32,000 nt of DNA from Candidatus Saccharimonadota bacterium (GCF_014252315.1 NZ_CP059216.1:1-32000), one strand, 5' to 3'; positions 1 to 10,554 are shown, counted from the first letter of the stretch. Numbers and translations are program-made. Notes: generated from the sequence alone by a model not told the origin.

Positions 1-1266
1 ATGGATAATGAAGCTTTAATTGATTCTTTTTCAGATTTTAAGTATGAAAAAAATATAGATAGAGTAAATTTAATGGCTATATTAGAAGAATCTATAAGAT
101 GTGTTTTAAGAAAAAAATATGATTCTTCTAAAAATTATGATATTATAGTAAATCCAGATCAAGGAGATTTAGAAATATGGAGAAATAGAATAGTAGTAAA
201 AGATGGATTAATTCAAGATATAAATAAAGAAATAGAATTATCTACAGCAAGAAAAATAGAACCAGATTTCGAAATAGGGGAAGAAGTTACAGAAAAAGTT
301 GAACTTAAATCTTTAGGAAGAAGATCTATATTATCATTGAAACAAAACTTATTATCAAAAATAAATGAATATGATAATACAAATACATACAATAAATTTA
401 AAAAAAAAATAGGAGAAATTCTAAATGTAGAAGTATATCATATTTTATCTAAAAATGTTATTGTTAGAGATGAAGAACAAAATGAAATGATTCTTCCTAA
501 AAAAGAACAAATTCCAAATGATTTTTTTAGAAAAGGAGATATACTTAAAACATTAATAAAAAAAGTAGAATGGAAGGATAATAAGCCTTTAGTTATACTA
601 ACTAGAAAAGATGAAAAATTTTTAGAAGAATTATTTAAATTAGAAATTCCTGAAGTTTCAGATGGATTAATTACAGTAAAAAAAGTATCACGTATTCCTG
701 GAGAAAAAGCAAAAATTGCTGTAGAATCTTATGATGATAGGATTGATCCAGTTGGAGCTTGTGTAGGAATAAAAGGATCTAGAATTCATCCTATTGTTAG
801 AGAATTAAAAAATGAAAATATTGATATTATTAATTATACTTCTAATATACAATTATATATTACTAGATCTATGAATCCTGCTAAAATTTCTATGATGGAA
901 ATTAATGAAAAAAATAAGTACGTAAATATATATGTAAAACCTGAAGAAATATCTAAAGCAATTGGAAGACATGGTCAAAATATTAAATTAGCTAGTCAAA
1001 TAACTGGATATAAAATACATGTATTTAAAGATTATTTATATGAGAATTATAGAGAAGATGTAGAATTGGAAGAATTTTCAGATGAAATTAATCCATTAAT
1101 AATAAAAAAATTTCGTGATGTTGGATTGCATACTGCTAAGTCTATATTAGATTCTAAAAAAGAAAATTTAATTAAACAAACTAATTTTGATATAAATGTC
1201 ATAAATAAAATTCTTTATATACTAAAAAAAGAATTTGAAGAAGAAATTAATGAAAACAATATATAA
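1..1266 (+). CDS. nusA: Transcription termination/antitermination factor NusA
   Basis: 421-aa ORF starting at base 1. NusA-type N-terminus (MDNEALIDSFSDFKYEKNIDRVNLMAILEE). Tandem KH signatures (DPVGACVGIKGSRIHPIVREL and AIGRHGQNIKLASQITG). Directly upstream of infB, as in the conserved nusA-infB operon. Confidence 0.95.
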   Translation: MDNEALIDSFSDFKYEKNIDRVNLMAILEESIRCVLRKKYDSSKNYDIIVNPDQGDLEIWRNRIVVKDGLIQDINKEIELSTARKIEPDFEIGEEVTEKVELKSLGRRSILSLKQNLLSKINEYDNTNTYNKFKKKIGEILNVEVYHILSKNVIVRDEEQNEMILPKKEQIPNDFFRKGDILKTLIKKVEWKDNKPLVILTRKDEKFLEELFKLEIPEVSDGLITVKKVSRIPGEKAKIAVESYDDRIDPVGACVGIKGSRIHPIVRELKNENIDIINYTSNIQLYITRSMNPAKISMMEINEKNKYVNIYVKPEEISKAIGRHGQNIKLASQITGYKIHVFKDYLYENYREDVELEEFSDEINPLIIKKFRDVGLHTAKSILDSKKENLIKQTNFDINVINKILYILKKEFEEEINENNI

Positions 1267-1341
1267 AAAAATTTCATATAAACAATTGTTAACTTTTACC
1301 ACATAAATTTTTATTTTTGTTTCTCATTTATTAATAACAAT

Positions 1342-3831
1342 ATGACTGAAAAAATCAGATTAAAAACAGTATTAACAAAGTTTAATATATCTTTAAAAAG
1401 GGTAATAAACTTTTTACAAAAAAAAGGTATTGAAATAGAAAATAATCCTAATACAAAAATAGGAGAAAAAATATATAAATTTCTTGTAAAAGAATTTAAA
1501 AATAATAAAAAAATAAGAGATGAATCTGAAAAAATTTCTTTACAAAAAAAAATAAAAAAAATTATAAATACAAAATTGATAAAAAATAAAAATAATAAAA
1601 AAGTAAATAATAAAGGGAAAATAAAAGAAAAATTGAAAAAGTTTCCTGATCATATTGATACTGCATATCAAAAGTTAGATGGAGTTATTCTAACAGGAGA
1701 TAAAATTGATTTATCCAAATTTGAAAAAAAAAATATTAAACAAAATATCAATACTAAGAAAAAAAGAAAAAGGATAAAAAAAGATATACCAAGATTTGAG
1801 GATAAAAAAAATTTTTCAAAAGATTTACATAATCGTAAAAACATACATTTAAATTTCAAAAAGAAAAAAGAAAACAATAAGAAAAATATAAAAAATAAAA
1901 AAAATTATAACGAAAAAATAGAAAAACAAATTCAAGAAACTTTAGAAAAAATTTCTTCTAAATCTAGAGGAATAAGATCAAAATATTCAAAAATAAAAAA
2001 AGAAAAACGTCAAAATAAAAAAGAAAAAGAAAAAGAAATTATTCAAAATAAAAAAGAAAATAAAAAAAATAAATGTTTAAAAGTAGCTGAATTTACTACA
2101 GTAAATGAACTGTCATCAATGATGAATGTTAATCCTACAGATGTTATTATGTCTTGTATGTCATTAGGTATCATGGTCACAATGAATCAAAGACTAGATG
2201 CAGAAGTATTAACATTAGTATCAGATGAATTTGGATATGATGTAAAATTTGTTGGATTAGATTTAGAAGAAGCAATACAAGATGAAAAAGATTTAGAAAA
2301 AGATCTAAAACCTAGACCTCCTATCATAACAGTAATGGGACATGTAGATCATGGTAAAACATCATTATTAGATTATATAAGAAATACTAATGTAATTGCA
2401 GGTGAATCTGGAGGAATTACTCAACACATAGCTGCTTATAGCGTAGAATTTGATTCTAAACAAGGTATTACTTTTTTAGATACTCCTGGACATGAAGCAT
2501 TCACTGCTATGAGAGCTAGAGGCGCTCAAATAACTGATATAGCAATAATAGTTATTGCTTCTGATGATCAAGTAATGCCTCAAACTAAAGAAGCTATTAG
2601 CCATGCTCAAGCTGCTAATGTTCCTATTATATTTGTACTAAATAAAATTGATAAACCTAATTCAAATACAAATAAAATAAAAGAACAATTATCAAAATTA
2701 AATATCTTAGTCGAAGATTGGGGAGGAAAATATCCATCACAAGAAATATCAGCAAAAAATGGTACAGGAATAAAAGATCTTTTAAAAAAAGTTCTTTTAT
2801 TATCAAAACTTTTGAATTTAAAAGCTAATCCTAATAAACTATCATCTGGAACAGTAATAGAAGCCTCTTTAGATAAAGGTAAAGGATACATAACAACTGT
2901 TCTTGTACAAGGTGGAACTTTGAAAATAGGAGATTATGTTTTAGCCGGAAGTAATCATGGAAAAGTAAAAAGTTTATTAGATGAAAGAGGTAGATCTATA
3001 TCTTATGCTGATCCATCTAAACCTGTCACTATAGTAGGATTAAATGGAGCACCTACATCTGGTGATAAATTTAAAGTATTTAAGAATGAAAGAGAAGCAA
3101 AACAATTAGCATCTAGAAGAGGACAATTACAAAGAGAGCAAAATATTCGTGCACAAAAACATCTTACATTAGATGAGATAGGAAGACGTATAGCATTAGG
3201 AGATTTTCAGGAACTTAAAATTATAATTAAAGGAGATGTAGACGGTTCTGTAGAAGCAATATCAGATGCACTTCAAAAATTATCTACAAAAAACATTGTT
3301 ATTAATATTATTTATAAAGGAGTAGGACAAATAACAGAATCTGATGTTTTATTGGCTAGTGCATCAGATGCCATTGTAATAGGATTCAATGTACGTCCTA
3401 ATGTTAGCGCTAAAAATATAGCTAAAAAAGATAATATTGAAATTAGAACTTATTCTATTATATATGATGTGATTAACGATATTAAAAAAGCTATGGAAGG
3501 GATGTTATCTCCTGAAATAAGAGAAAAAATATTAGGAAATGCAGAAATTAGAGAAATTTTTAAAATTCCTAAACATGGAACTATTGCAGGATGTATGGTA
3601 ATAGAAGGAAAATTGTTAAGAAAATATAAAGTAAGATTAATTAGAGATGGAATAGTTATTCATAATGGGGAATTTACTTCATTAAAACGATTTAAGGAAG
3701 ATGTTAAAGAAGTAAAAAAAGGATATGAATGTGGATTTGGAATTAAAAATTTTAATGATATTAAGTCTGGTGATCTTGTAGAAGTTTATGAAGAATTATT
3801 TTTTAATAAAAATAAAAAAATTAAACAATAA
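1342..3831 (+). CDS. infB: Translation initiation factor IF-2
   Basis: 829-aa ORF. G-domain motifs GHVDHGKTSLLD, DTPGHEAF and NKID. C-terminal IF-2 domains (IIIKGDVDGSVEA...GFNVRP). Follows nusA. The N-terminal ~250 aa is an extremely Lys/Asn-rich low-complexity region. Confidence 0.95.
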   Translation: MTEKIRLKTVLTKFNISLKRVINFLQKKGIEIENNPNTKIGEKIYKFLVKEFKNNKKIRDESEKISLQKKIKKIINTKLIKNKNNKKVNNKGKIKEKLKKFPDHIDTAYQKLDGVILTGDKIDLSKFEKKNIKQNINTKKKRKRIKKDIPRFEDKKNFSKDLHNRKNIHLNFKKKKENNKKNIKNKKNYNEKIEKQIQETLEKISSKSRGIRSKYSKIKKEKRQNKKEKEKEIIQNKKENKKNKCLKVAEFTTVNELSSMMNVNPTDVIMSCMSLGIMVTMNQRLDAEVLTLVSDEFGYDVKFVGLDLEEAIQDEKDLEKDLKPRPPIITVMGHVDHGKTSLLDYIRNTNVIAGESGGITQHIAAYSVEFDSKQGITFLDTPGHEAFTAMRARGAQITDIAIIVIASDDQVMPQTKEAISHAQAANVPIIFVLNKIDKPNSNTNKIKEQLSKLNILVEDWGGKYPSQEISAKNGTGIKDLLKKVLLLSKLLNLKANPNKLSSGTVIEASLDKGKGYITTVLVQGGTLKIGDYVLAGSNHGKVKSLLDERGRSISYADPSKPVTIVGLNGAPTSGDKFKVFKNEREAKQLASRRGQLQREQNIRAQKHLTLDEIGRRIALGDFQELKIIIKGDVDGSVEAISDALQKLSTKNIVINIIYKGVGQITESDVLLASASDAIVIGFNVRPNVSAKNIAKKDNIEIRTYSIIYDVINDIKKAMEGMLSPEIREKILGNAEIREIFKIPKHGTIAGCMVIEGKLLRKYKVRLIRDGIVIHNGEFTSLKRFKEDVKEVKKGYECGFGIKNFNDIKSGDLVEVYEELFFNKNKKIKQ

Positions 3832-3840
3832 AAATTAATA

Positions 3841-5517
3841 ATGTATAGAACGCATAATTGTGGAGAATTACATATAAAACATGTTAACATACAAGTTATG
3901 TTATGTGGATGGATTGATGAAATAAGAAACTTTGGCTCTATATTTTTTATAGATATTAGAGATTATTTTGGAATTACACAATTAGTAGTACACAAAAATT
4001 TAATAAAAAAAAAATTAAAAAAAGAATTTTTAATCAAAATTTATGGAAAGGTTGTAGAAAGATATTCTAAAAACCATAAACTAAAAACTGGAGATATAGA
4101 AGTATTAATAAATAAAATAGAAATTTTAAATAAATCAATTACTACTCCATTTATTATAAAAAATAATACAGATGGAAAAGAAAAAGAAAGAATGATATAC
4201 AGATATCTTGATATAAGAAGACCTAATATAAAAGAAAATTTAATATTTCGTCATAAAATTGTACTAGAAATACGTAATTTTTTATCTTCTAAAAATTTTA
4301 TAGAAATAGAAACTCCTATATTAATCAATAATACACCAGAAGGTGCTAGAAGTTTTATTGTTCCATCTAGAAGATATAAAGATAAATTTTATGCATTACC
4401 TCAATCTCCACAAATATTTAAACAATTATTAATGATAGGAGGAATAGATAAATATTTTCAAATAGCAAAATGTTTTAGAGATGAAGATCCAAGATCTGAT
4501 AGACAAATAGAATTTACACAATTAGATTGCGAAATGGCTTTTGTAGATATTAAAAATATATTGAATTTTTTTGAAGATTTTATTAAATATTTATTTAAAA
4601 TTAATAATATACAATTTTTAAAATCTTTTCCTTGTATTTCTTATAACGAAGCTATAAAAAAATATGGAACTGACTGTCCAGATATACGTTTTGGAATGAA
4701 ATTTTTTTATCTAAAAAATATAATAAATGAAAAAAATATTAATTTTTTAAAAGATAAAGAAATAATAATAGGAATTAAAGTCAAAGATTTTTTTTCAAAA
4801 AAAAATCATAATAAAATTAATTTATTTTTAGAAAAAATAAAAAATAGTAATTTGATTTGGATTAAACATTCAATAGATAAAAAATTTTTTATTTCCAAAG
4901 AAAAACATATATCTGAAAAAAATATACATATTATATCTAATTATTTTAATACTAATCCTGGAGATTTTATATTTATTTCTTATGGGGAAAAAAATATTGC
5001 AATAAATTTATTAAAAAAAATACGATCAGAAATAATTGATATATTAAGCAAAAAAAATAAAAATATTAAATTGTTTGAACCTATATGGATTATAAATCAT
5101 CCATTATTTAAATGGAATAATAAAAGATATAAATCAGTACATCATCCTTTTACATCTCCAATAGATGAAGATATTAATCTATTAAAAACAACTCCAGAAA
5201 ACATACGATCAAAATCATATGATTTAGTAATTAATGGAGTTGAAATAGCAAGTGGATCTATCCGTATTTATGATAAAAAAATACAAAAAATAATTTTTAA
5301 TCATTTAGGATTATCTAAAAAAGAAATTCAATCAAATTTTGGTTTTTTTATAAAAGCATTAAAATATGGAGCTCCACCTCATGGTGGAATAGCATTTGGA
5401 TTAGATAGAATTGTTAATTTATTAAAAGGAGAAAATGACATAAAAAATTTTATTGCTTTTCCTAAAAATAATTTTGGAAAAGATCTCATGACTAACTCTC
5501 CATCTATTATAAAATAA
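3841..5517 (+). CDS. aspS: Aspartate--tRNA ligase
   Basis: 558-aa ORF. N-terminal OB-fold start (MYRTHNCGEL...GWI...R..G...FIDIRD). Class II motif 2 (FRDEDPRSDRQIEFTQLDCEMAF) and motif 3 (GGIAFGLDRIV). Confidence 0.93.
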   Translation: MYRTHNCGELHIKHVNIQVMLCGWIDEIRNFGSIFFIDIRDYFGITQLVVHKNLIKKKLKKEFLIKIYGKVVERYSKNHKLKTGDIEVLINKIEILNKSITTPFIIKNNTDGKEKERMIYRYLDIRRPNIKENLIFRHKIVLEIRNFLSSKNFIEIETPILINNTPEGARSFIVPSRRYKDKFYALPQSPQIFKQLLMIGGIDKYFQIAKCFRDEDPRSDRQIEFTQLDCEMAFVDIKNILNFFEDFIKYLFKINNIQFLKSFPCISYNEAIKKYGTDCPDIRFGMKFFYLKNIINEKNINFLKDKEIIIGIKVKDFFSKKNHNKINLFLEKIKNSNLIWIKHSIDKKFFISKEKHISEKNIHIISNYFNTNPGDFIFISYGEKNIAINLLKKIRSEIIDILSKKNKNIKLFEPIWIINHPLFKWNNKRYKSVHHPFTSPIDEDINLLKTTPENIRSKSYDLVINGVEIASGSIRIYDKKIQKIIFNHLGLSKKEIQSNFGFFIKALKYGAPPHGGIAFGLDRIVNLLKGENDIKNFIAFPKNNFGKDLMTNSPSIIK

Positions 5518-5523
5518 TAATAC

Positions 5524-5997
5524 TTATATATTATTTAAAGATTTTTTATACAAAGAAATAGCCTCATTTTTTCCTTTCCAGCCCTCTATTTTAACTATTT
5601 TATTTTCTAATTTTTTATAAACAGAAAAAAAATATTCAATTTCTTTTTTAGTATGTACAGGTATTTCACTAATATCTTGAATTTCATTATAATTTGGATC
5701 ATATATTGGAACACAAATTATTTTTTCATCTCTTCCTTTATCATCTGTCATTAAAAAAATTCCAATAGGTTTAACTTGAATTAAACATCCTGGAAATGAT
5801 GGTTCTGTTAAAAAAACTAATACATCCATTGGATCTCCATCTTCTGATATAGTATTAGGAATAAAACCATAATCAATAGGATAATTAATTGGAGAATATA
5901 AAACTCTATCTAACCTTATTAATTTATTTTTTTTGTCAAATTCATATTTATTTCTACTTCCTCTAGGAATTTCAATTAATACATCAAATGTTATCAT
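5524..5997 (-). CDS. ppa: Inorganic pyrophosphatase (family I)
   Basis: 157-aa ORF with IEIPRGSRNKYEFD, YPIDYGFIPNT and DGDPMDVLV, the family I soluble PPase signature. Confidence 0.93.
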   Translation of the reverse strand: MITFDVLIEIPRGSRNKYEFDKKNKLIRLDRVLYSPINYPIDYGFIPNTISEDGDPMDVLVFLTEPSFPGCLIQVKPIGIFLMTDDKGRDEKIICVPIYDPNYNEIQDISEIPVHTKKEIEYFFSVYKKLENKIVKIEGWKGKNEAISLYKKSLNNI

Positions 5998-6003
5998 ATT
6001 TAA

Positions 6004-7215
6004 TTATATTTTAGTATTAATATTAAATTTTTCTAAATATAAAGCAACTTTTTTAACAAATTTTCCTCCTAACATTCCATCTATTACACGATGATCATAA
6101 GAATGAGAAAGATAAATCTTATGCCTAATACCAATAAAATCTCCATCTGGTCCTTCTATTACAGATAATTTTTTCTGTATCAATCCTATAGCCATAATTG
6201 CAACTTGTGGTTGATGTATAATCGGAGTTCCTAATATATTACCAAAACTACCAATATTACTTATTGTATAAGTTCCTCCCTTAGTTTCTTCAGGTCTTAA
6301 TTTATTTAATTTTGCTCTTTTTATCAAATCATTTATTATTTTTATTAATCCTATAAGATTATATGAATCTGCATATTTAATAACAGGAACAATCAAATCC
6401 CCGTTTGGTAATGATATTGCTATACCTATATTTATATTTTCTTTTTTTATTATACTTGTTCCTTCAACAGAAATATTTATCATAGGCAAATCTTTTATAG
6501 CTTTTACAATACATTCAACAAATATTGACATTATTGTTAATTTTTCTCCAGTATTATTATAAAAATAATCTTTTATTTTATCTCTCCATTTTACTATATT
6601 TGTTACATCAGCTTCTACAAAAGAAGTAACATGTGCAGAAACTTTTTTACTGTATATCATATGTTTACAAGTCAATTGCCTTACTCTTCCCATTTTTATT
6701 ATTTCTTCATTATTATTTTTTTTACATGTTATAATTTTTGATGTTTTTTGTTTTTCATTTAATTCACTATTTTTATTATTTTTATCAATAAAATTTAATA
6801 TATCTTTTTTAGTAATACGACCTTTTTCTCCAGTTCCATTTATTGTTTCTAATTCATAAAAATTAATTCCTTCTTTTTTAGCAATAGACTTAACAATAGG
6901 AGAATAAAAACGTTTATTCTTACTTATATTATTATTGTAATTAATAAAAATATTTTCATTATTTTTTTTTTTTATATTTGTTTCTAAAATAGCTATTGAA
7001 CTCCCAACTTTAACAATTTCGTTAGTATCAAATAAACATTTTTTTAAAACACCATTTACAGGAGAAGTAATTTCAGAGTTAATTTTATCTGTAGCTATTT
7101 CTACTATTATTTCTTCTTTTTTTATTAAATCTCCTTCTTTTTTAAGCCATCTAATGATAGTTGCTTCGTTTATACTTTCACCCATAGATGGAATGGTTAA
7201 GTTATATTCGTCCAT
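6004..7215 (-). CDS. 2-oxoacid dehydrogenase complex E2 component (dihydrolipoamide acyltransferase)
   Basis: 403-aa ORF. N-terminal lipoyl domain with lipoyl-lysine motif (EIATDKINSEITSP). E3-binding-like segment (SPIVKSIAKKEGINF). Catalytic domain ending in SHSYDHRVIDG. The substrate (pyruvate, branched-chain or 2-oxoglutarate) cannot be fixed from sequence alone. The N-terminal pattern looks more like the flavobacterial acyl/acetyltransferase type than SucB. Confidence 0.85.
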   Translation of the reverse strand: MDEYNLTIPSMGESINEATIIRWLKKEGDLIKKEEIIVEIATDKINSEITSPVNGVLKKCLFDTNEIVKVGSSIAILETNIKKKNNENIFINYNNNISKNKRFYSPIVKSIAKKEGINFYELETINGTGEKGRITKKDILNFIDKNNKNSELNEKQKTSKIITCKKNNNEEIIKMGRVRQLTCKHMIYSKKVSAHVTSFVEADVTNIVKWRDKIKDYFYNNTGEKLTIMSIFVECIVKAIKDLPMINISVEGTSIIKKENINIGIAISLPNGDLIVPVIKYADSYNLIGLIKIINDLIKRAKLNKLRPEETKGGTYTISNIGSFGNILGTPIIHQPQVAIMAIGLIQKKLSVIEGPDGDFIGIRHKIYLSHSYDHRVIDGMLGGKFVKKVALYLEKFNINTKI

Positions 7216-7342
7216 TTATATTTATATTTTTTAATATTTTTGTATTTATCGTTATTTATATTTGTACAGTAATAATATTTATCTATAAATTTTTTTTATA
7301 AACTTTTTTAAGGAATCAAAAATAATAAATTCATTTAAAAAA

Positions 7343-8863
7343 ATGAAAATTCTTTCTGCAAAACAAATTAAACAAGCTGATCAACATTGTATTGATTATG
7401 AATCAATTTCTTCCATAGAATTAATGGAAAGATCTGCAAAAAAATGTTTTAATTGGATTATTAAAAATTTATATTTTTTAGAGTTAAAAAAATTTCCATT
7501 TATAATTTTGGCTGGTAATGGAAATAATGGAGGAGATGGCCTTTCTTTAGCTAGATTATTACATTTACAAGGATTTAAAATAATAACATACATATTAAAT
7601 GTTTCAAATTTTTCTTCTAAAGAATTTTTACTTAGTAAGAATAAAATCATAGAAAAAATAAAAATTAAAAATATTTATGAAAATGATAATTTTCCAATTA
7701 TAAATAAAAAAAGTTATCTTATTGATGCAATATTTGGAATTGGATTAAATCGTCCAATAAATAAATATTGGAAATCTTTTATTGATTTTATTAATGATTT
7801 AAAATTAAAATCTGTAATATCTATAGATGTTCCCTCTGGTTTATTTATAGAAAAAAAAAATAATAATATTAAAGGAATAATTAAATCTGATTATACTTTA
7901 ACTTTTCAAGTTCCAAAACTTCCATTTTTATTGCCTGATTATGAAATTTTTGTTGGAAATTGGCATTTATTAAATATTGGATGGAAAGAAGAATTCATTT
8001 GCAAAATGAATTCTAAAAAATTTTTAATAGATAAAAAAGAAATATGTTTTAATAAAAACAGAAAAAAATTTTCTCATAAAGGAAATTATGGTCATGGATT
8101 TATTATAGGAGGATCCTATGGGATGATAGGTTCTGTAGTTTTATCTGGAAAAGCTAGTTTTTGTTGTGGAATTGGAAAATTAAGTATATATATTCCTCGT
8201 TGTGGTTATCAAATAGTCCAAAATACTATTTTAGAATCAATTGTAATTACTGATAAAAAAGAAAATTTTATAAGTAATATTTATATACCTGATAATATAA
8301 ATGCAATAGGAATAGGAATGGGGATGGGACAAAATTATTACACAATACAAGCCTTTAATTCTTTTTTAAAACTTTGTAAAAAAGGTGATCCTCCTATGAT
8401 TTTTGACGCAGATGCTATAAATATTTTATCAAAAAATAAATCAAATTTATTAAAATTAATTCCTTCAGGAACAATTTTAACTCCTCATCCAAAAGAATTT
8501 AAAAGATTGTTTGGATCTTGGAAAGATGATTATGATAAACTAGATATGTTAAAAAATATATCAAAAAAATATGGAATATTTATTGTATTAAAAGGAGCTC
8601 ATACTATAATTTCTACACCTAATGAAGAACTATATTTTAATAATACTGGTAATGCAGGAATGGCTACTGCTGGAAGTGGAGATGTTCTTACAGGAATGAT
8701 TTTAGGTTTTTTATCTCAAGGTTATTCTTCAAAAGATTCTTGCATTATAAGTGTTTATTTACATGGAATATCTGGAGATATTGCAGCAAAAAAAGTAGGA
8801 ATGTGTTCACTTAGGTCTACAGATATTATTAATTGTATAGCAAAATCATTTAATAAGATTTAA
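7343..8863 (+). CDS. nnr: Bifunctional NAD(P)H-hydrate repair enzyme (epimerase/ADP-dependent dehydratase, YjeF family)
   Basis: 506-aa ORF. N-terminal YjeF_N motif AGNGNNGGDG. C-terminal carbohydrate-kinase-like domain with HKGNYGH and AGSGDVLTGM. Confidence 0.85.
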   Translation: MKILSAKQIKQADQHCIDYESISSIELMERSAKKCFNWIIKNLYFLELKKFPFIILAGNGNNGGDGLSLARLLHLQGFKIITYILNVSNFSSKEFLLSKNKIIEKIKIKNIYENDNFPIINKKSYLIDAIFGIGLNRPINKYWKSFIDFINDLKLKSVISIDVPSGLFIEKKNNNIKGIIKSDYTLTFQVPKLPFLLPDYEIFVGNWHLLNIGWKEEFICKMNSKKFLIDKKEICFNKNRKKFSHKGNYGHGFIIGGSYGMIGSVVLSGKASFCCGIGKLSIYIPRCGYQIVQNTILESIVITDKKENFISNIYIPDNINAIGIGMGMGQNYYTIQAFNSFLKLCKKGDPPMIFDADAINILSKNKSNLLKLIPSGTILTPHPKEFKRLFGSWKDDYDKLDMLKNISKKYGIFIVLKGAHTIISTPNEELYFNNTGNAGMATAGSGDVLTGMILGFLSQGYSSKDSCIISVYLHGISGDIAAKKVGMCSLRSTDIINCIAKSFNKI

Positions 8864-10554
8864 ATTTTTTTAATAAAATATTTATATATAATAAATGTAT
8901 AGATAATAATAATAATTGTTATTATAAAACATATCATAGATAAAAAATCACCATATTTTGTATAAAATGTTTTTATTGAATTAGAATATATTTTTTTATA
9001 TAAAACCCCTTCTTTTCCATAAGGAAGATATGAATTTATCTCCCCTTTTTCATCAATAAAACAAGATATACCAGTATTAGCTGATCTTGCTATACACTTT
9101 CTATTTTCAATAGCTCTAAGACGTGAATAATATAAATGCTGTTTACATCCTTGGGAATTTCCCCACCATCCATCATTAGTTATTATAACCAATAAATTAG
9201 CATTTTTTTTAAAAAAATTAGAAACATATTCTCCAAAAATAGATTCATAACAAATAATAGGAGCTATTTTTATTCCCAGATAAGGATTTTTAAATGTTGA
9301 ATATCCTCCTTTTTTTCCAAGTTCTATTGAATTACCTCCAAAATTAAGTATTATATCACCTATGATAGGAAATAATATATTTTTATAAGGAAAAAATTCT
9401 ACTGCTGGAACTAATTTATTTTTATGATGAAAAAAAATATATTTTCCACTTGAATCTATTTGTATAACTGAATTAAAAAAATCAATCCATGATAAATTTT
9501 TATTTTTTTTTGAAAAAAAAGGAATAGATGTTTCACTTTTGTATTTATTATAATATGTAAGTAGTTCTAATCCTGTTATAAATATAGTTTTTGGTGATTT
9601 ATTTTTTAAATAATTTTTGAAATTTGATACTAATATATTATTTCTAATATTATTAGTTATAAATTTATCTTCTTTAATAGGAAAAGAAGTTTCAGGAGCA
9701 ATTATTATCATTGGTTTATTTTTTAAAATTTTTTTATCTATTAGTTTTTTAAATTTATTAATTAATTTTTTAGTTGATATTTTATATTTTTGATTATATG
9801 GGTCAATATTAGGTTGTAATACTATAGATTCAACTGGATTATCATGTTCTATATAAATATTATTATAAATTATATTTGATATGATAATCATTATAAATAC
9901 AATTGTTATACTAATAAAAATATTTTTATATAAAATTATCAATTTGTTATTTTTAACATATAAAACTATAGATCTTATAATATTAATATTTACAATCCAT
10001 ATCCAAATAGATCCTCCTAAAGTACCAGTATATTCATACCATTGAATCCATTTTATTCTATTTGAAAATCCATTTCCTAATGTAAGCCATGGCCAAGATA
10101 ATTCCCATTCTAAGTGAATTTTTTCAAATAAAATCCACGAACAAATTAAAAACATATATCCTATATTTTTATTTTTTATGCTATTTTTAATTATTGAATA
10201 AAAAGTAAAAATAATTGACATTAAAATAGAATTTAATAAAGATGGAATTATAAATGATTCTATAGAAAAAGATCCATTATTTCTTCTTGTATAATGTAGC
10301 CACCATGTAGAAATAAAATTCCACGTTAAAAACGTAATAATAGAAAATAAAAAAATATATCTATTATAATATTCTTCTACATAAAGTAAAGGTACAAATG
10401 CTATAAACAAATAAATAGGATTACCATTAGTAGGCCATCCATAACTTAACAATATACCTGCAAAAAAGCAATATAAAAGACACTGAATTTTTGTAATTAT
10501 TATAAATATTTTTTTAAAATGGAGTTGGCGGGATTCGAACCCGCGTCCAAACAA
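8860..10554 (-). CDS. lnt: Apolipoprotein N-acyltransferase (start codon uncertain)
   Basis: Polytopic N-terminal membrane domain (LSYGWP...) followed by a nitrilase/CN-hydrolase domain (PETSFP...; ICYESIF; ITNDGWWG). The ORF-track ATG at 10554 lies inside the tmRNA gene. The first 12 codons (MFGRGFESRQLH) translate the tmRNA acceptor/T-arm. See the finding on this start. Confidence 0.8.
   Translation of the reverse strand: MFGRGFESRQLHFKKIFIIITKIQCLLYCFFAGILLSYGWPTNGNPIYLFIAFVPLLYVEEYYNRYIFLFSIITFLTWNFISTWWLHYTRRNNGSFSIESFIIPSLLNSILMSIIFTFYSIIKNSIKNKNIGYMFLICSWILFEKIHLEWELSWPWLTLGNGFSNRIKWIQWYEYTGTLGGSIWIWIVNINIIRSIVLYVKNNKLIILYKNIFISITIVFIMIIISNIIYNNIYIEHDNPVESIVLQPNIDPYNQKYKISTKKLINKFKKLIDKKILKNKPMIIIAPETSFPIKEDKFITNNIRNNILVSNFKNYLKNKSPKTIFITGLELLTYYNKYKSETSIPFFSKKNKNLSWIDFFNSVIQIDSSGKYIFFHHKNKLVPAVEFFPYKNILFPIIGDIILNFGGNSIELGKKGGYSTFKNPYLGIKIAPIICYESIFGEYVSNFFKKNANLLVIITNDGWWGNSQGCKQHLYYSRLRAIENRKCIARSANTGISCFIDEKGEINSYLPYGKEGVLYKKIYSNSIKTFYTKYGDFLSMICFIITIIIIIYTFIIYKYFIKKI

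Noticed and set aside
1668-1877. 69-aa antisense ORF inside infB. The same applies to five others from the ORF track:
- 2607..2891 (-) inside infB;
- 7396..7650 (-) inside nnr;
- 23370..23573 (+) inside mdh;
- 24350..24586 (-) inside gcvP;
- 27313..27576 (+) inside tsaD.
   Set aside because: All lie entirely opposite well-supported conserved genes. They have Phe/Ile/Leu/Lys-rich composition with no recognisable motif. Such ORFs are expected as shadow frames in AT-rich DNA, where stop codons are depleted opposite Lys/Asn/Phe codon runs.
7239-7264. TATATTTG -7-like box (7257..7264) upstream of nnr with TTTG at 7239..7242. A similar pairing sits upstream of infB (TTG 1286..1288, TATTTTTG 1312..1319).
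   Set aside because: The spacers (14 nt and 23 nt) fall outside the ~19-20 nt expected for Bacteroidota promoters. A lone TAnnTTTG match is plausible by chance in ~100 bp of this composition. I did not list them as features.
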